Shown here piece after piece: positions 55,619 through 64,000 of a DNA stretch of 64,000 nt. The translations under genes were made by a program, and so were the position numbers. The notes below the pieces were generated by a model. That model saw only the letters and a list, made by a program, of their open reading frames with translations, made no database searches and was not told the origin of the DNA. The stretch's first letter is position 1. Every line of letters starts with the position of its first letter. Source of the DNA: Deltaproteobacteria bacterium RIFCSPHIGHO2_02_FULL_44_16 (GTDB lineage Bacteria; UBA10199; 2-02-FULL-44-16); NCBI GenBank assembly GCA_001798185.1, contig MGRM01000006.1, positions 28,976 to 92,975 of the forward strand, in the 5' to 3' direction.

Positions 55619-57271
55619 CTATTGTTGATCGTGAGGACAGAAGCCAGCTTCGCAGACGTAGAAGTTCATGCCAAAGGCGGTATTTTCCGGGTAAGGAAAC
55701 TGGCCAAAGGGACCAGTTTGATTGGGCGATGCCAAGCCAAATTCCATATGTGCCATGTCATTGGGAGTCATGCGAACTTGTACAGGATTTCCTCCGCTTT
55801 CACAGTTGACGGGTTGGCCGCCTGATTTCAGCAGCACATATTTTCCTTCCTGCACCGAATCAGGACGACAATTTGTTCCACCCACGGTTTGAATCCAGAA
55901 CTCGGTCGGCCGGACCGGTCCATCACATGTTGCATTCAGAGCACTAATGGCACCGTTAAAAATACAGAACTCGACTTGATAGACATACTGAGGAGTCGGT
56001 TTTTTGGTTTGGGGATCTATCCCTGTACGCCACCACTCAAAAGTCTGTCCGATACGGACATCCCCCGCTTGGAGCACTTCTGCTCCCACGAGATCCGGAT
56101 TGTCAGCAGAAGTGACCTTATCATCTGCAATAACATGCTGCATTGCGACATCGGAATGCTTCCAACTCAGTCCCTTTTGAGAATGAATGAGATCTCCTTC
56201 CTGAAGGCGATGGGGAGCACGAGTATAGACAATCTTCGCATACCAAAGATCGGTCCTTGTCAAATACTGCGGATTGTCAGGTCCTCTACTTTCCTCTGTA
56301 TTAAAAACGAGTGGCCGCGTATAGACACGTCGTCCCCGCCCCAAACCTTCATCGGTTTCGCCAAAAGCATCGATGGTACCAAGAGAATAATCTCCTGGAG
56401 TTGCCTTTGGTCCCATAAGTCGAAAATACAGTGTTCCTGACAGTTTGTTCCCAGAAGTGGCATTTCCTAAATTACATGCCATGGATTGCTGCGATCGCGG
56501 ATCATTCGAAAGACCTAAAAGTACTCGAAGTCCTTCTTGGACCTCTCCTCCTGTAAAGGGGATCGGAAGCTGAAATGGATTTTCCTGATCACGATTGGTG
56601 AAACGGACAAGCACCACATTATATTGCTCGAGTTTCAAATCTTGATTGATCTGCGAATAGTCCGTCACCACATTCCCTTGTTCATCGAAAGCAACAAGCG
56701 CTTTTCCTGTCTGAGGATCGACCATAAAGCTGCAGCCACGCACCATATCACTGCTGAGCCGACGCATCTCACCGCCGACAATCTGATGGATCTCCACTCC
56801 CAAAAGAAGTTCATGCTCAACCGCGATTTGCATTTTCTTCAAAGCATCAGCACCGATATGCGTATAAAGAGTGCGAGGTTCTTTATTTCTTTCTGGAAGA
56901 GGAACAGGATAGAGATCACTTCTTGGTGCAGCAGGGTCATTCCCGTCATTTTCCAACTGCGCTGAAGGAATGACAGGACTTCCAGGTCCCATATTTCCTC
57001 GCCGTAAAGGATTGATGTTCGCGGATGTAATGCCGAGAGGGTATGCGGTATCTGGATCATCACCACCACATCCGGAACCAAGTGAATGAAGTCGAGGAGT
57101 AAAAAGAACTGAACGTTGGAAATGAAGAGAATGATGTACAAAAAGGGTGCGTATATTTTCCATACTCTTTGGCGCTTTCGAACTTAGAGCTGCTGATTGA
57201 TCAACCTCATACTGCGCCACCGCCGAAGAGGCTCGCTTGACTGGACCTGTTGGATTACCGCCACTGATCAT
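55619..57271 (-). CDS. large hypothetical protein with a Cys-rich C-terminus
   Basis: 550-aa ORF with no recognised domain. Confidence 0.3.
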   Translation of the reverse strand: MISGGNPTGPVKRASSAVAQYEVDQSAALSSKAPKSMENIRTLFVHHSLHFQRSVLFTPRLHSLGSGCGGDDPDTAYPLGITSANINPLRRGNMGPGSPVIPSAQLENDGNDPAAPRSDLYPVPLPERNKEPRTLYTHIGADALKKMQIAVEHELLLGVEIHQIVGGEMRRLSSDMVRGCSFMVDPQTGKALVAFDEQGNVVTDYSQINQDLKLEQYNVVLVRFTNRDQENPFQLPIPFTGGEVQEGLRVLLGLSNDPRSQQSMACNLGNATSGNKLSGTLYFRLMGPKATPGDYSLGTIDAFGETDEGLGRGRRVYTRPLVFNTEESRGPDNPQYLTRTDLWYAKIVYTRAPHRLQEGDLIHSQKGLSWKHSDVAMQHVIADDKVTSADNPDLVGAEVLQAGDVRIGQTFEWWRTGIDPQTKKPTPQYVYQVEFCIFNGAISALNATCDGPVRPTEFWIQTVGGTNCRPDSVQEGKYVLLKSGGQPVNCESGGNPVQVRMTPNDMAHMEFGLASPNQTGPFGQFPYPENTAFGMNFYVCEAGFCPHDQQ

Positions 57272-57401
57272 GATTTATCCTTGGTAAAAGAATCTTTCGC
57301 CCTTCTCTATTTTCGACCACAATGGCAGGAAGTTGCTCCTAAAGGCAACTTTTTTCAAAATTGGTCGATATTTGAGGAGAAAGAGGGAATAGACCCATTT
57401 T

Positions 57402-58691
57402 ATGACTGATCTCGAAAAAATACTGCGCATCCCTGCGTGTGAAGGGTCAGATGCCCTTCAGGGAGTATATGTTCTTGATGCGCCTCCTAGGGACAATCAG
57501 GCACACATACAATCTTCCGATCGTCTTCTGGAAATCGATGGCAAACCGATTCCAAGTGATTCACGTCAAGCTCTCGCTACTCTTGTTGAAATTGTAGAGG
57601 GTATTTATCAACAAAAACGCGTCACAGAACAACTCGATCCACTGGATCCAAAAACAAAACAACCTCCCAATGATCCTGCCACAGGAGTTCCTCGGCGCCT
57701 CCTCAATCCTACTGACGTTGTGGTTTTAAGAGAGGGGAAAAAATTAGAATTGCGAATTGAAATTCCTTTTCCACTATCTTCATATAAGAAACAGCCCGCT
57801 CAACTCCGGCTCAAATGGCCATCTCTTGTCGTTGAGAGCGTGCTTCCGGGTTCAGCCGCAGAGCTGACCGGTCTGAAGCCAGGGACGAACATCACACACA
57901 TTGATGGAACCGAACTCAAAACACTCCCTTACCGCACAAACATAAGCACTTCGGTGCGAAATGATAATCCCGAAATGATTCATAATTTCTTTGAAGAAAA
58001 AATCGGAAAACCTGTTGAAATCATTTTTGAGGATCACACCGGCAAACAACATACTTCCACGATAAATCTTGATCCTCAAGTTTTGGGGGCTACTCTCCTT
58101 TGGACAGATCATCTCAACCATTGCGGTGTAAGCCCATTACCAGAAGATATACAGATTGGTTTCTTTTTTACAGCGGGGGGTGTTCTCTCTGTTGATGGCA
58201 ATGGATATTTCGCTCATCCTACTTCTGGCGTCACGATTGGAACTGGTATCTTTATTGAAAATCCAGAAGATTGGATAGCGCGCATCGGGATTCACACTCA
58301 ACTTAGTCAACATGATCCTGGACCAAACTTAACACTTTTTGCAGAATGGCTCTCAAACTTTTCTTATCCTTTTCATCACATTGCTTTTGGTGGAAGAGTG
58401 GAAGGAACCGGTGCAATTTTCCTCTACGATCCCGATGGTCAACGATCTCCGCGTGGCTACGGGGCATACGCTTTTGTGGGACCTATTGCGACCTATCAAA
58501 CACAACTCTTTGGAGAGGAACCATCAACATTTTTTATCTCTCCGATGTTTGGATTTGTCCATCTCCACGATCTTGCGAAGTGTGGTTACACGGTGACAGA
58601 TCCAAGTATTGTTCTTCCTGGTTGCGAAAATGGACCGAGAGGGTCAACAAATATGATGGGTCTTTTTCAGATCGGTTTTACAACTCGCTAA
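57402..58691 (+). CDS. hypothetical protein with a PDZ-like segment
   Basis: LVVESVLPGSAAELTGLKPGTNITHIDGTEL resembles a PDZ core. Confidence 0.4.
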   Translation: MTDLEKILRIPACEGSDALQGVYVLDAPPRDNQAHIQSSDRLLEIDGKPIPSDSRQALATLVEIVEGIYQQKRVTEQLDPLDPKTKQPPNDPATGVPRRLLNPTDVVVLREGKKLELRIEIPFPLSSYKKQPAQLRLKWPSLVVESVLPGSAAELTGLKPGTNITHIDGTELKTLPYRTNISTSVRNDNPEMIHNFFEEKIGKPVEIIFEDHTGKQHTSTINLDPQVLGATLLWTDHLNHCGVSPLPEDIQIGFFFTAGGVLSVDGNGYFAHPTSGVTIGTGIFIENPEDWIARIGIHTQLSQHDPGPNLTLFAEWLSNFSYPFHHIAFGGRVEGTGAIFLYDPDGQRSPRGYGAYAFVGPIATYQTQLFGEEPSTFFISPMFGFVHLHDLAKCGYTVTDPSIVLPGCENGPRGSTNMMGLFQIGFTTR

Positions 58692-59507
58692 TCATTCCCA
58701 ACGACGTTTGCGGTCTTTCTTTTTTCCCTTTTTCTCTTCCTTTTTTACTTCTTCTTTTGCGGGAGGATTTTGAACTGCGGGGACTTGTGGCGCCGCTACC
58801 GGTTTCCCACCAACTGCTTCAAGAGGGACAGCCCCTTCTGGAACTTTCACCTCTTCTTCCCAACCTTCAGGAAGATCGCTTTTCCATTTTGGCGATGCCG
58901 GAGGTAACACCGGCGCTGGAATGACTGGGGGAATTGAAACAACTGGTGCTGCAATTTCTTCAAGAGGTTTTTCTTCCACAACCGGTGCTGCCACTTTTGA
59001 TTTCTTTTTCTTTTGTTTCCCCTGCGGGGCTGGCTGAGGTGAAACAGGTTGTAGTGGCTGCGGTTGTTTTGTCGTCGTTAACGATTCAAGCGTCACATAG
59101 CCTGGAGGAACATTCGGCGCTTCATCCCACCCTTCAGGTAAATCACTTTTAAATGTGGGAGCAGCGGGCACAACGGGAGCTGGTGCAGATGCTGGCATCA
59201 CAGGCTTTGATACAAAGCTTTCTTCTTTTGACGTGGGCTCAGGTAATACCGGCACTGACACGATCGGTTGTGGTTCAACAGCAGGGGGTGAAGAAATAAC
59301 AGGAGCGGTTTGCGGCGCGTGGAGAAGACGAAGTTTTTGTTCGAGAAGTGCCTGTTTCTTTTTGGTGAGCTGATACAGTTGTTCCGTCAGCACACGTTCT
59401 TCGGTCTCCAGTCGCCGCTGCTCTTCATTGATCTTTTCAAGGTCGTCGGCAAAGGCATTCACTGCACACATCAAAAGAAAAAGAAAGAAAAGGAAAAAAT
59501 GTTTCAT
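58692..59507 (-). CDS. secreted proline-rich coiled-coil protein with internal repeats
   Basis: Signal peptide; coiled-coil heptads; the KSDLPEGW(D/E)E...VP.G module occurs twice. Confidence 0.35.
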   Translation of the reverse strand: MKHFFLFFLFLLMCAVNAFADDLEKINEEQRRLETEERVLTEQLYQLTKKKQALLEQKLRLLHAPQTAPVISSPPAVEPQPIVSVPVLPEPTSKEESFVSKPVMPASAPAPVVPAAPTFKSDLPEGWDEAPNVPPGYVTLESLTTTKQPQPLQPVSPQPAPQGKQKKKKSKVAAPVVEEKPLEEIAAPVVSIPPVIPAPVLPPASPKWKSDLPEGWEEEVKVPEGAVPLEAVGGKPVAAPQVPAVQNPPAKEEVKKEEKKGKKKDRKRRWE

Positions 59508-59628
59508 AAGATCCTCACGATGTACATATCAACGGCTGCTTCGGCCAAATTTTCTCGGGCCGCTCCACTGTGGGACAACCCACAGTGTTCGCTTAACTCT
59601 CGGCAATTTTATTGTCAAACCCCGGTTG

Positions 59629-60426
59629 TTAAAATTGCCTCGAGATACCCTGCGAAACTTTATCCTCGCGCGCCGTTGATAAAGAACGAAGTTTTTTTAG
59701 AGATAAGCGCACTTTCAAAATCGCCAAAGAACCTATCAGCATTTCACGCAAAGACATTTTTGATCTTCCTTGTTGTCGATCAGGAAACACGACCGGAAGT
59801 TCTCGTATACGATATCCTTCTCGGGAAAAAAGGTAGATCAATAACGTGTGACCCACAAATCCAGGTCCCATACGGAGCATGATCTCCTCAAGAGGAAATC
59901 GCCGCAAGTCGTCAACGCGATACATTTTAAAATTATTTGTAAAATCTGACGTGAAACGACCAAAAAGGAGCGTCACGTACATGCGCGAAAGGAAATGAAG
60001 AAAGTGTCGCTGCCAGTTCCAACCTCTCACACCTCCTCCACGAAGATGCCTGGAACCGATAATCACATCGACCTTTTCCTCTGAAGCCAGTTTTAGAAAA
60101 CGTGGGATATCATGCGGATCATGTGAAAAATCGGCGTCCATGGTGAGCACCCATTCATAACCATGTGAGAACGCATAATGAAAACCGGCAAGGATCGCAC
60201 CTGCAAGTCCCCCATCGCGTTTTCGAAAAAAGGGTTTCAGATGAGAGTATTGTTTCGTAAGTTCAATAATTTTTTCCCGCGTTCCATCAGTGGAACCATC
60301 ATCGACCACCAGAATATCAATATCCGGGAGCAAGTGATAAATCTTCTCCACCAGAGGAACGATGTTGTCGCTCTCATTAAAAGTGGGAATGCAAATGAGC
60401 ACTTTCCTCTGTTCAGTTTGTCTCAT
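59629..60426 (-). CDS. GT2-family glycosyltransferase (polyprenyl-phosphate sugar synthase, DPM1/ArnC-like)
   Basis: VLICIPTFNESDNI...VVDDGSTDGT...MDADFSHDP motifs. Confidence 0.8.
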   Translation of the reverse strand: MRQTEQRKVLICIPTFNESDNIVPLVEKIYHLLPDIDILVVDDGSTDGTREKIIELTKQYSHLKPFFRKRDGGLAGAILAGFHYAFSHGYEWVLTMDADFSHDPHDIPRFLKLASEEKVDVIIGSRHLRGGGVRGWNWQRHFLHFLSRMYVTLLFGRFTSDFTNNFKMYRVDDLRRFPLEEIMLRMGPGFVGHTLLIYLFSREGYRIRELPVVFPDRQQGRSKMSLREMLIGSLAILKVRLSLKKLRSLSTAREDKVSQGISRQF

Positions 60427-61942
60427 GATCATCTCGCAAGAGATAAATATCAAAACCGCGAAGCTGTGCGAACAAGACATAATGAGTTTGGACAATATTC
60501 TGCAAGTAAGGATATCGACTCATGGGATAACGTCCATAACGTCGATAGTTGGATGGCGCTGTATCGACAATATAGTTTGGAAGTTTTTTTTCAAAATGTT
60601 CGCGCAAAATGTCCCAAGCAGGAGGAAAAATATTGTCGGAAGTATCATATTCAACCACTCCCTGGGGATCGCGAAAATCGTTAAGAAATTTTTTCCATCC
60701 CGACGGAGGGTTGGGCATCTGAGGGTCATATTCAAGTCCAGCCGATTTTGGAGAACGACCAGTTAAATAATCTGCCGTCGTAAAGGGAGTGGCTGTGTCC
60801 ATACCGGACAGAAAATAAAGTTGAGGACAATAACCCCAGACAAAAAGGGTGTCCCCTTTTTTCGCATGAAGTCGTAAAAACTCTTTCGGCGCAATCCAGT
60901 TGTCTTTTTCATTTCCCCGTAAGTGCGAATGACTCCAAGCATAAAAGAAAAAAACGAGAACCGACACTGATGTCATGATCACAAAAAAACTCTTCCATTT
61001 TCTCCACCACGCTTCACTTCGTTCACACAGCCATGCTGTCCCCAAAAGCACGAGTGGAGGATAAGCAACTACATAATAATGATAGTACATCCGTCCCCCC
61101 GCAATAATGGCGACAAAGGAACTCAAAAACCAGATCACAATGAGCAACTCCCCATTGCTCTCTCTGTGCCGGAGATCATCGATGGTACGCGCAAAAGCGC
61201 CGATCCATAAGAAAAGTCCGCACCAAGCGATGAGGGTGGTGTAACTTGTAAATTTTAAAAATAAATAAAGCGGATCATTCTGCGAAGGTCCTTGCGCATA
61301 TTTGAGAATGTAGAGAAAACAATTGATAGCATCATCGAGCGCGCCTCTCCATGAAAGCCATCCAATGACAAGCAATGAAGGGAGAAAGGTCGCCAAGGTC
61401 ACGACCATGCTTGCAAACACACTTTCTCGTAACGATCGTCTTTTACGTACCACATCGAGGAGCAAAAGCAGGAGAATGGTAAGCCACAGAAGTCCTGCAA
61501 AATATTTCGCAAGAATGGCCCATCCAATTGAAAGACCACTTAAAAAATAAAAGAAAAAGGAAGAGCGTTTGCGCGCTTCTAAAATCAACAAAATCGCAAG
61601 GCTTGCAGGAAGCGCCATCAAAATTTCGCCGTTCACTCCCAACATATCCTGCGGAAGAAACGTGGTGGAAAAAACAATAAAACTTGCTGCTGTCCACCAT
61701 TCGATATTCGCAAAAGGGTAAAGACGTTTCGCAATCTGACCCAAAATAACTGCCGTGAGAAAAACCCACAGCATCAAAAAAAGATGCGGCCCAAAAAGTG
61801 TGGAGGAACCGAAAAGTTCCAGTCCGCTTGCATAAAAATAAAAAGGAAAGGGAGGTTGATAGATAAAAATATCTTGGTACGGAATCGCATCCGAGAGAAT
61901 TTTTTTGCCGGCAATGGCAAATTCATTCTCATCGATATTCAT
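60413..61942 (-). CDS. GT-C fold membrane glycosyltransferase (ArnT/PMT-like, GT39/83)
   Basis: About 12 TM helices; pairs with the polyprenyl-phosphate sugar synthase gene. Confidence 0.6.
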   Translation of the reverse strand: MNIDENEFAIAGKKILSDAIPYQDIFIYQPPFPFYFYASGLELFGSSTLFGPHLFLMLWVFLTAVILGQIAKRLYPFANIEWWTAASFIVFSTTFLPQDMLGVNGEILMALPASLAILLILEARKRSSFFFYFLSGLSIGWAILAKYFAGLLWLTILLLLLLDVVRKRRSLRESVFASMVVTLATFLPSLLVIGWLSWRGALDDAINCFLYILKYAQGPSQNDPLYLFLKFTSYTTLIAWCGLFLWIGAFARTIDDLRHRESNGELLIVIWFLSSFVAIIAGGRMYYHYYVVAYPPLVLLGTAWLCERSEAWWRKWKSFFVIMTSVSVLVFFFYAWSHSHLRGNEKDNWIAPKEFLRLHAKKGDTLFVWGYCPQLYFLSGMDTATPFTTADYLTGRSPKSAGLEYDPQMPNPPSGWKKFLNDFRDPQGVVEYDTSDNIFPPAWDILREHFEKKLPNYIVDTAPSNYRRYGRYPMSRYPYLQNIVQTHYVLFAQLRGFDIYLLRDDHETN

Positions 61943-62161
61943 GTAATCATTAAAAAAGGTCGAAAGGCGCAGAAGAAAGTTCAGTCCAAAAAGAAAAACC
62001 CAACGAAACCATGAATGACTCGCTGCAATGGGGGGAAAGATCTTTATGGTTCACTCCTCAAAAGAGGAGACATATAAAAGAGAGGATCTTCACGTGTCAA
62101 GGTTCCTTAGAAATGTGAGGAATAACTTGCATCTTCCTCCAAACCGCGATTTTCTGAAAAA

Positions 62162-64000
62162 ATGTTTTCTTCCACCAATCTCTTCCGTCTTCTCCAACAG
62201 AAAAAATATCACTCCTATGAGGAACTCTATCAGTGGTCGATCACTGAGCGCGGTTCATTTTGGGAAACGATGATCCAGCTCTTGGGAATTCGATTCCAAA
62301 AAAAATATACAAGCATTCTCGATCTCTCGGACGGCATTGAATCTCCGCACTGGCTTGTCGGTGCGAAACTCAATATTGCCGAAAGTTGTTTTCAAGCAGA
62401 TCCACAAAGCACGGCAATTCTTTTTCAAAAAGAAAATACTCCTCTTCAAACCATAACGTATGCAGAGCTGAATGAACGGAGTGATGGTATTGCTTTTGGC
62501 CTCACTTCGTTAGGATTTCTAAAAGGAGATCGCATTGCAATCGACATGCCGATGACGGCTGACGCTGTTTCGATTTATCTTGGAATCATCAAAGCAGGAA
62601 TGTGTGTGGTCTCGATTGCTGATAGTTTTGCTTCACACGAAATCAAAACACGTTTACAGATTGCAGAAGCCAAAGCCATTTTCACGCAAGATGTCATCGA
62701 GCGCAGCGGAAAAGAATTTCCTCTTTATCAAAAAGTCATTGATGCCGATGCTCCGATGGCCATTGTAATTCCGTGCTCAGAAAAACTTTCGACTTCTCTT
62801 CGCAAACAAGATGTTTCATGGCTTGATTTCAAAAGTAGATGTAGCATGCCGTTGCGATCTGATTTCAAAACCAGATTTAGTGCGTCGCTGTGCAGCCCAT
62901 TGTCAGCACCAACCGGAGCGCGCAATGGGCAAGCAGACAGACGCACGAAGTCAGGTTTTGAAGTAGTGAGATGTAATCCTGAGGACGAAACAAACATCCT
63001 CTTCTCATCTGGCACCACCGGAGAACCGAAAGCCATCCCTTGGACGCACACCACTCCGATCAAATGCGCAAGCGACGGCTATCTCCACCACGACATTCAA
63101 CCAGACGATGTTGTCGCATGGCCGACCAACTTAGGGTGGATGATGGGTCCGTGGCTCATCTATGCAACGCTCATCAACAAAGGGGCTATCGCCCTTTTCG
63201 ATGGTTCGCCAACATCCCGAGAGTTTTGTCATTTTGTGGAGAAAACAAAAGTAACGATGCTTGGAGTTGTTCCCAGCATTGTCAAAGCTTGGAGAGAAAA
63301 TGGAAGTGCCGCAGGCATCGATTGGAGTTCCATCAAATGTTTCAGTTCTACCGGGGAATGCTCCAATGCCGATGATTATGCATGGCTCATGGCTCAAGCG
63401 GGCAATCGTCCCATCATTGAATACTGTGGAGGGACAGAAATTGGAGGTGGCTATTTGACGGGAACACTGCTGCAACCAGCCATCCCTGCAACCTTTACAA
63501 CGCCAGCGCTCGGCATCGATTTTGTGATCTTAGATGAAGAGGGAAAACCGACAAACAACGGTGAAGTTTTTTTGATTCCTCCATCGATCGGCCTCTCGAC
63601 AAAACTTCTGAATCAGGATCATCACAAAGTATATTTTGCAGATACCCCGCAAGGGGCGCAGGGGCGGCGGCATGGTGATCAGATCGAAAAACTTCCGAAC
63701 GGTTATTATCGTGCGCACGGACGCGCTGATGACACGATGAACCTCGGAGGGATCAAAGTCAGCTCTGCTGAGATCGAACGAGTCCTCAATCGGGTTGATG
63801 GTATTCAAGAAACTGCGGCGATCGCCGTTTCCCCTAAGGATGGAGGTCCAAGTCTTTTGGTGATTTATGTTGTTATAAAGGCTTCATTCCCGCAAAAACG
63901 AGAATCTCACGTAAATACGGGAGATCCCCGCATGCGCGAGGGTGACATTCCGTTTCTTAAAGAGTGCATGCAACGTGCCATCAAAGAAAACTTAAATCCA
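62162..64000 (+). CDS. AMP-dependent synthetase/ligase (acetyl-CoA-synthetase-like), 3' end outside the window
   Basis: Manual translation gives MFSSTNLF...YEELYQWSITERGSFWE (ACAS_N-like) and the LFSSGTTGEPK AMP-binding motif near 63000. No stop codon before the window end. Confidence 0.75.
   Translation, partial: MFSSTNLFRLLQQKKYHSYEELYQWSITERGSFWETMIQLLGIRFQKKYTSILDLSDGIESPHWLVGAKLNIAESCFQADPQSTAILFQKENTPLQTITYAELNERSDGIAFGLTSLGFLKGDRIAIDMPMTADAVSIYLGIIKAGMCVVSIADSFASHEIKTRLQIAEAKAIFTQDVIERSGKEFPLYQKVIDADAPMAIVIPCSEKLSTSLRKQDVSWLDFKSRCSMPLRSDFKTRFSASLCSPLSAPTGARNGQADRRTKSGFEVVRCNPEDETNILFSSGTTGEPKAIPWTHTTPIKCASDGYLHHDIQPDDVVAWPTNLGWMMGPWLIYATLINKGAIALFDGSPTSREFCHFVEKTKVTMLGVVPSIVKAWRENGSAAGIDWSSIKCFSSTGECSNADDYAWLMAQAGNRPIIEYCGGTEIGGGYLTGTLLQPAIPATFTTPALGIDFVILDEEGKPTNNGEVFLIPPSIGLSTKLLNQDHHKVYFADTPQGAQGRRHGDQIEKLPNGYYRAHGRADDTMNLGGIKVSSAEIERVLNRVDGIQETAAIAVSPKDGGPSLLVIYVVIKASFPQKRESHVNTGDPRMREGDIPFLKECMQRAIKENLNP

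Noticed and set aside
62221-62280. Apparent 1-nt inconsistency between printed coordinates and ORF-track ends near 62270
   Set aside because: Probably my own counting slip. All coordinates are treated as approximate (+/-2 nt) and no biological conclusion is drawn.

Overview
This 64-kb window looks like a chromosomal segment of a Gram-negative-type bacterium with moderate GC content. Lipobox lipoproteins, a PBP1A, ComEA, PilZ and a TIGR02147-family protein are present; the last is typical of Bdellovibrio-, Fibrobacter- or Leptospira-like lineages. Housekeeping genes carry most of the window: prpC-prpB (methylcitrate cycle), comEA, a polyprenyl synthetase, hemL, a partial ATP-synthase Fo operon (atpZ/I-like, atpB, atpE), gpsA, rpe, def-fmt, gdhA, an RpiB-like isomerase, PBP1A, RlmI, crcB with its DUF190 partner, a GT2 plus GT-C glycosyltransferase pair, and an AMP-binding ligase that runs off the 3' end. 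Two tRNAs are present: tRNA-Arg(ACG) on the plus strand right after atpE, and tRNA-Ser(UGA) on the minus strand. The accessory content sits between about 13.9 and 30.2 kb. It contains two degenerate extra copies of the tRNA-Arg 3' end (about 15.88 kb and 24.70 kb), which suggests tandem, integrase-less island remnants. These carry a GNAT, a DUF4143 ATPase, an S8 subtilase lipoprotein of 1028 aa, a TIGR02147 protein preceded by three palindromic operator-like sites, an APC permease, a HEPN/MNT pair, and a second nucleotidyltransferase with a ribbon-helix-helix (RHH)-like partner. Just beyond the last tRNA remnant (past ~24.72 kb) lie a secreted Thr-rich protein, a histidine kinase with a frameshifted NarL-type regulator, and a surface lipoprotein of about 1000 aa with DUF11-like domains and a 258-nt tandem repeat. 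There are two unrelated families of conserved, intergenic elements of roughly 120 nt, each in two copies. One lies upstream of gdhA and the rpiB-like gene and carries a co-varying hairpin, so it is a candidate structured RNA. The other sits at atpB/atpE and at rpe/fmt and is closed by a stem, so it looks MITE- or REP-like. The window also holds a VapBC module with its promoter and operator, a frameshifted response regulator, a DUF1016 pseudogene with an in-frame TAG, and several operons of uncharacterised envelope proteins. No CRISPR array, rRNA gene or recognisable integrase or transposase was seen. All coordinates are from manual reading and may be off by one or two nucleotides.
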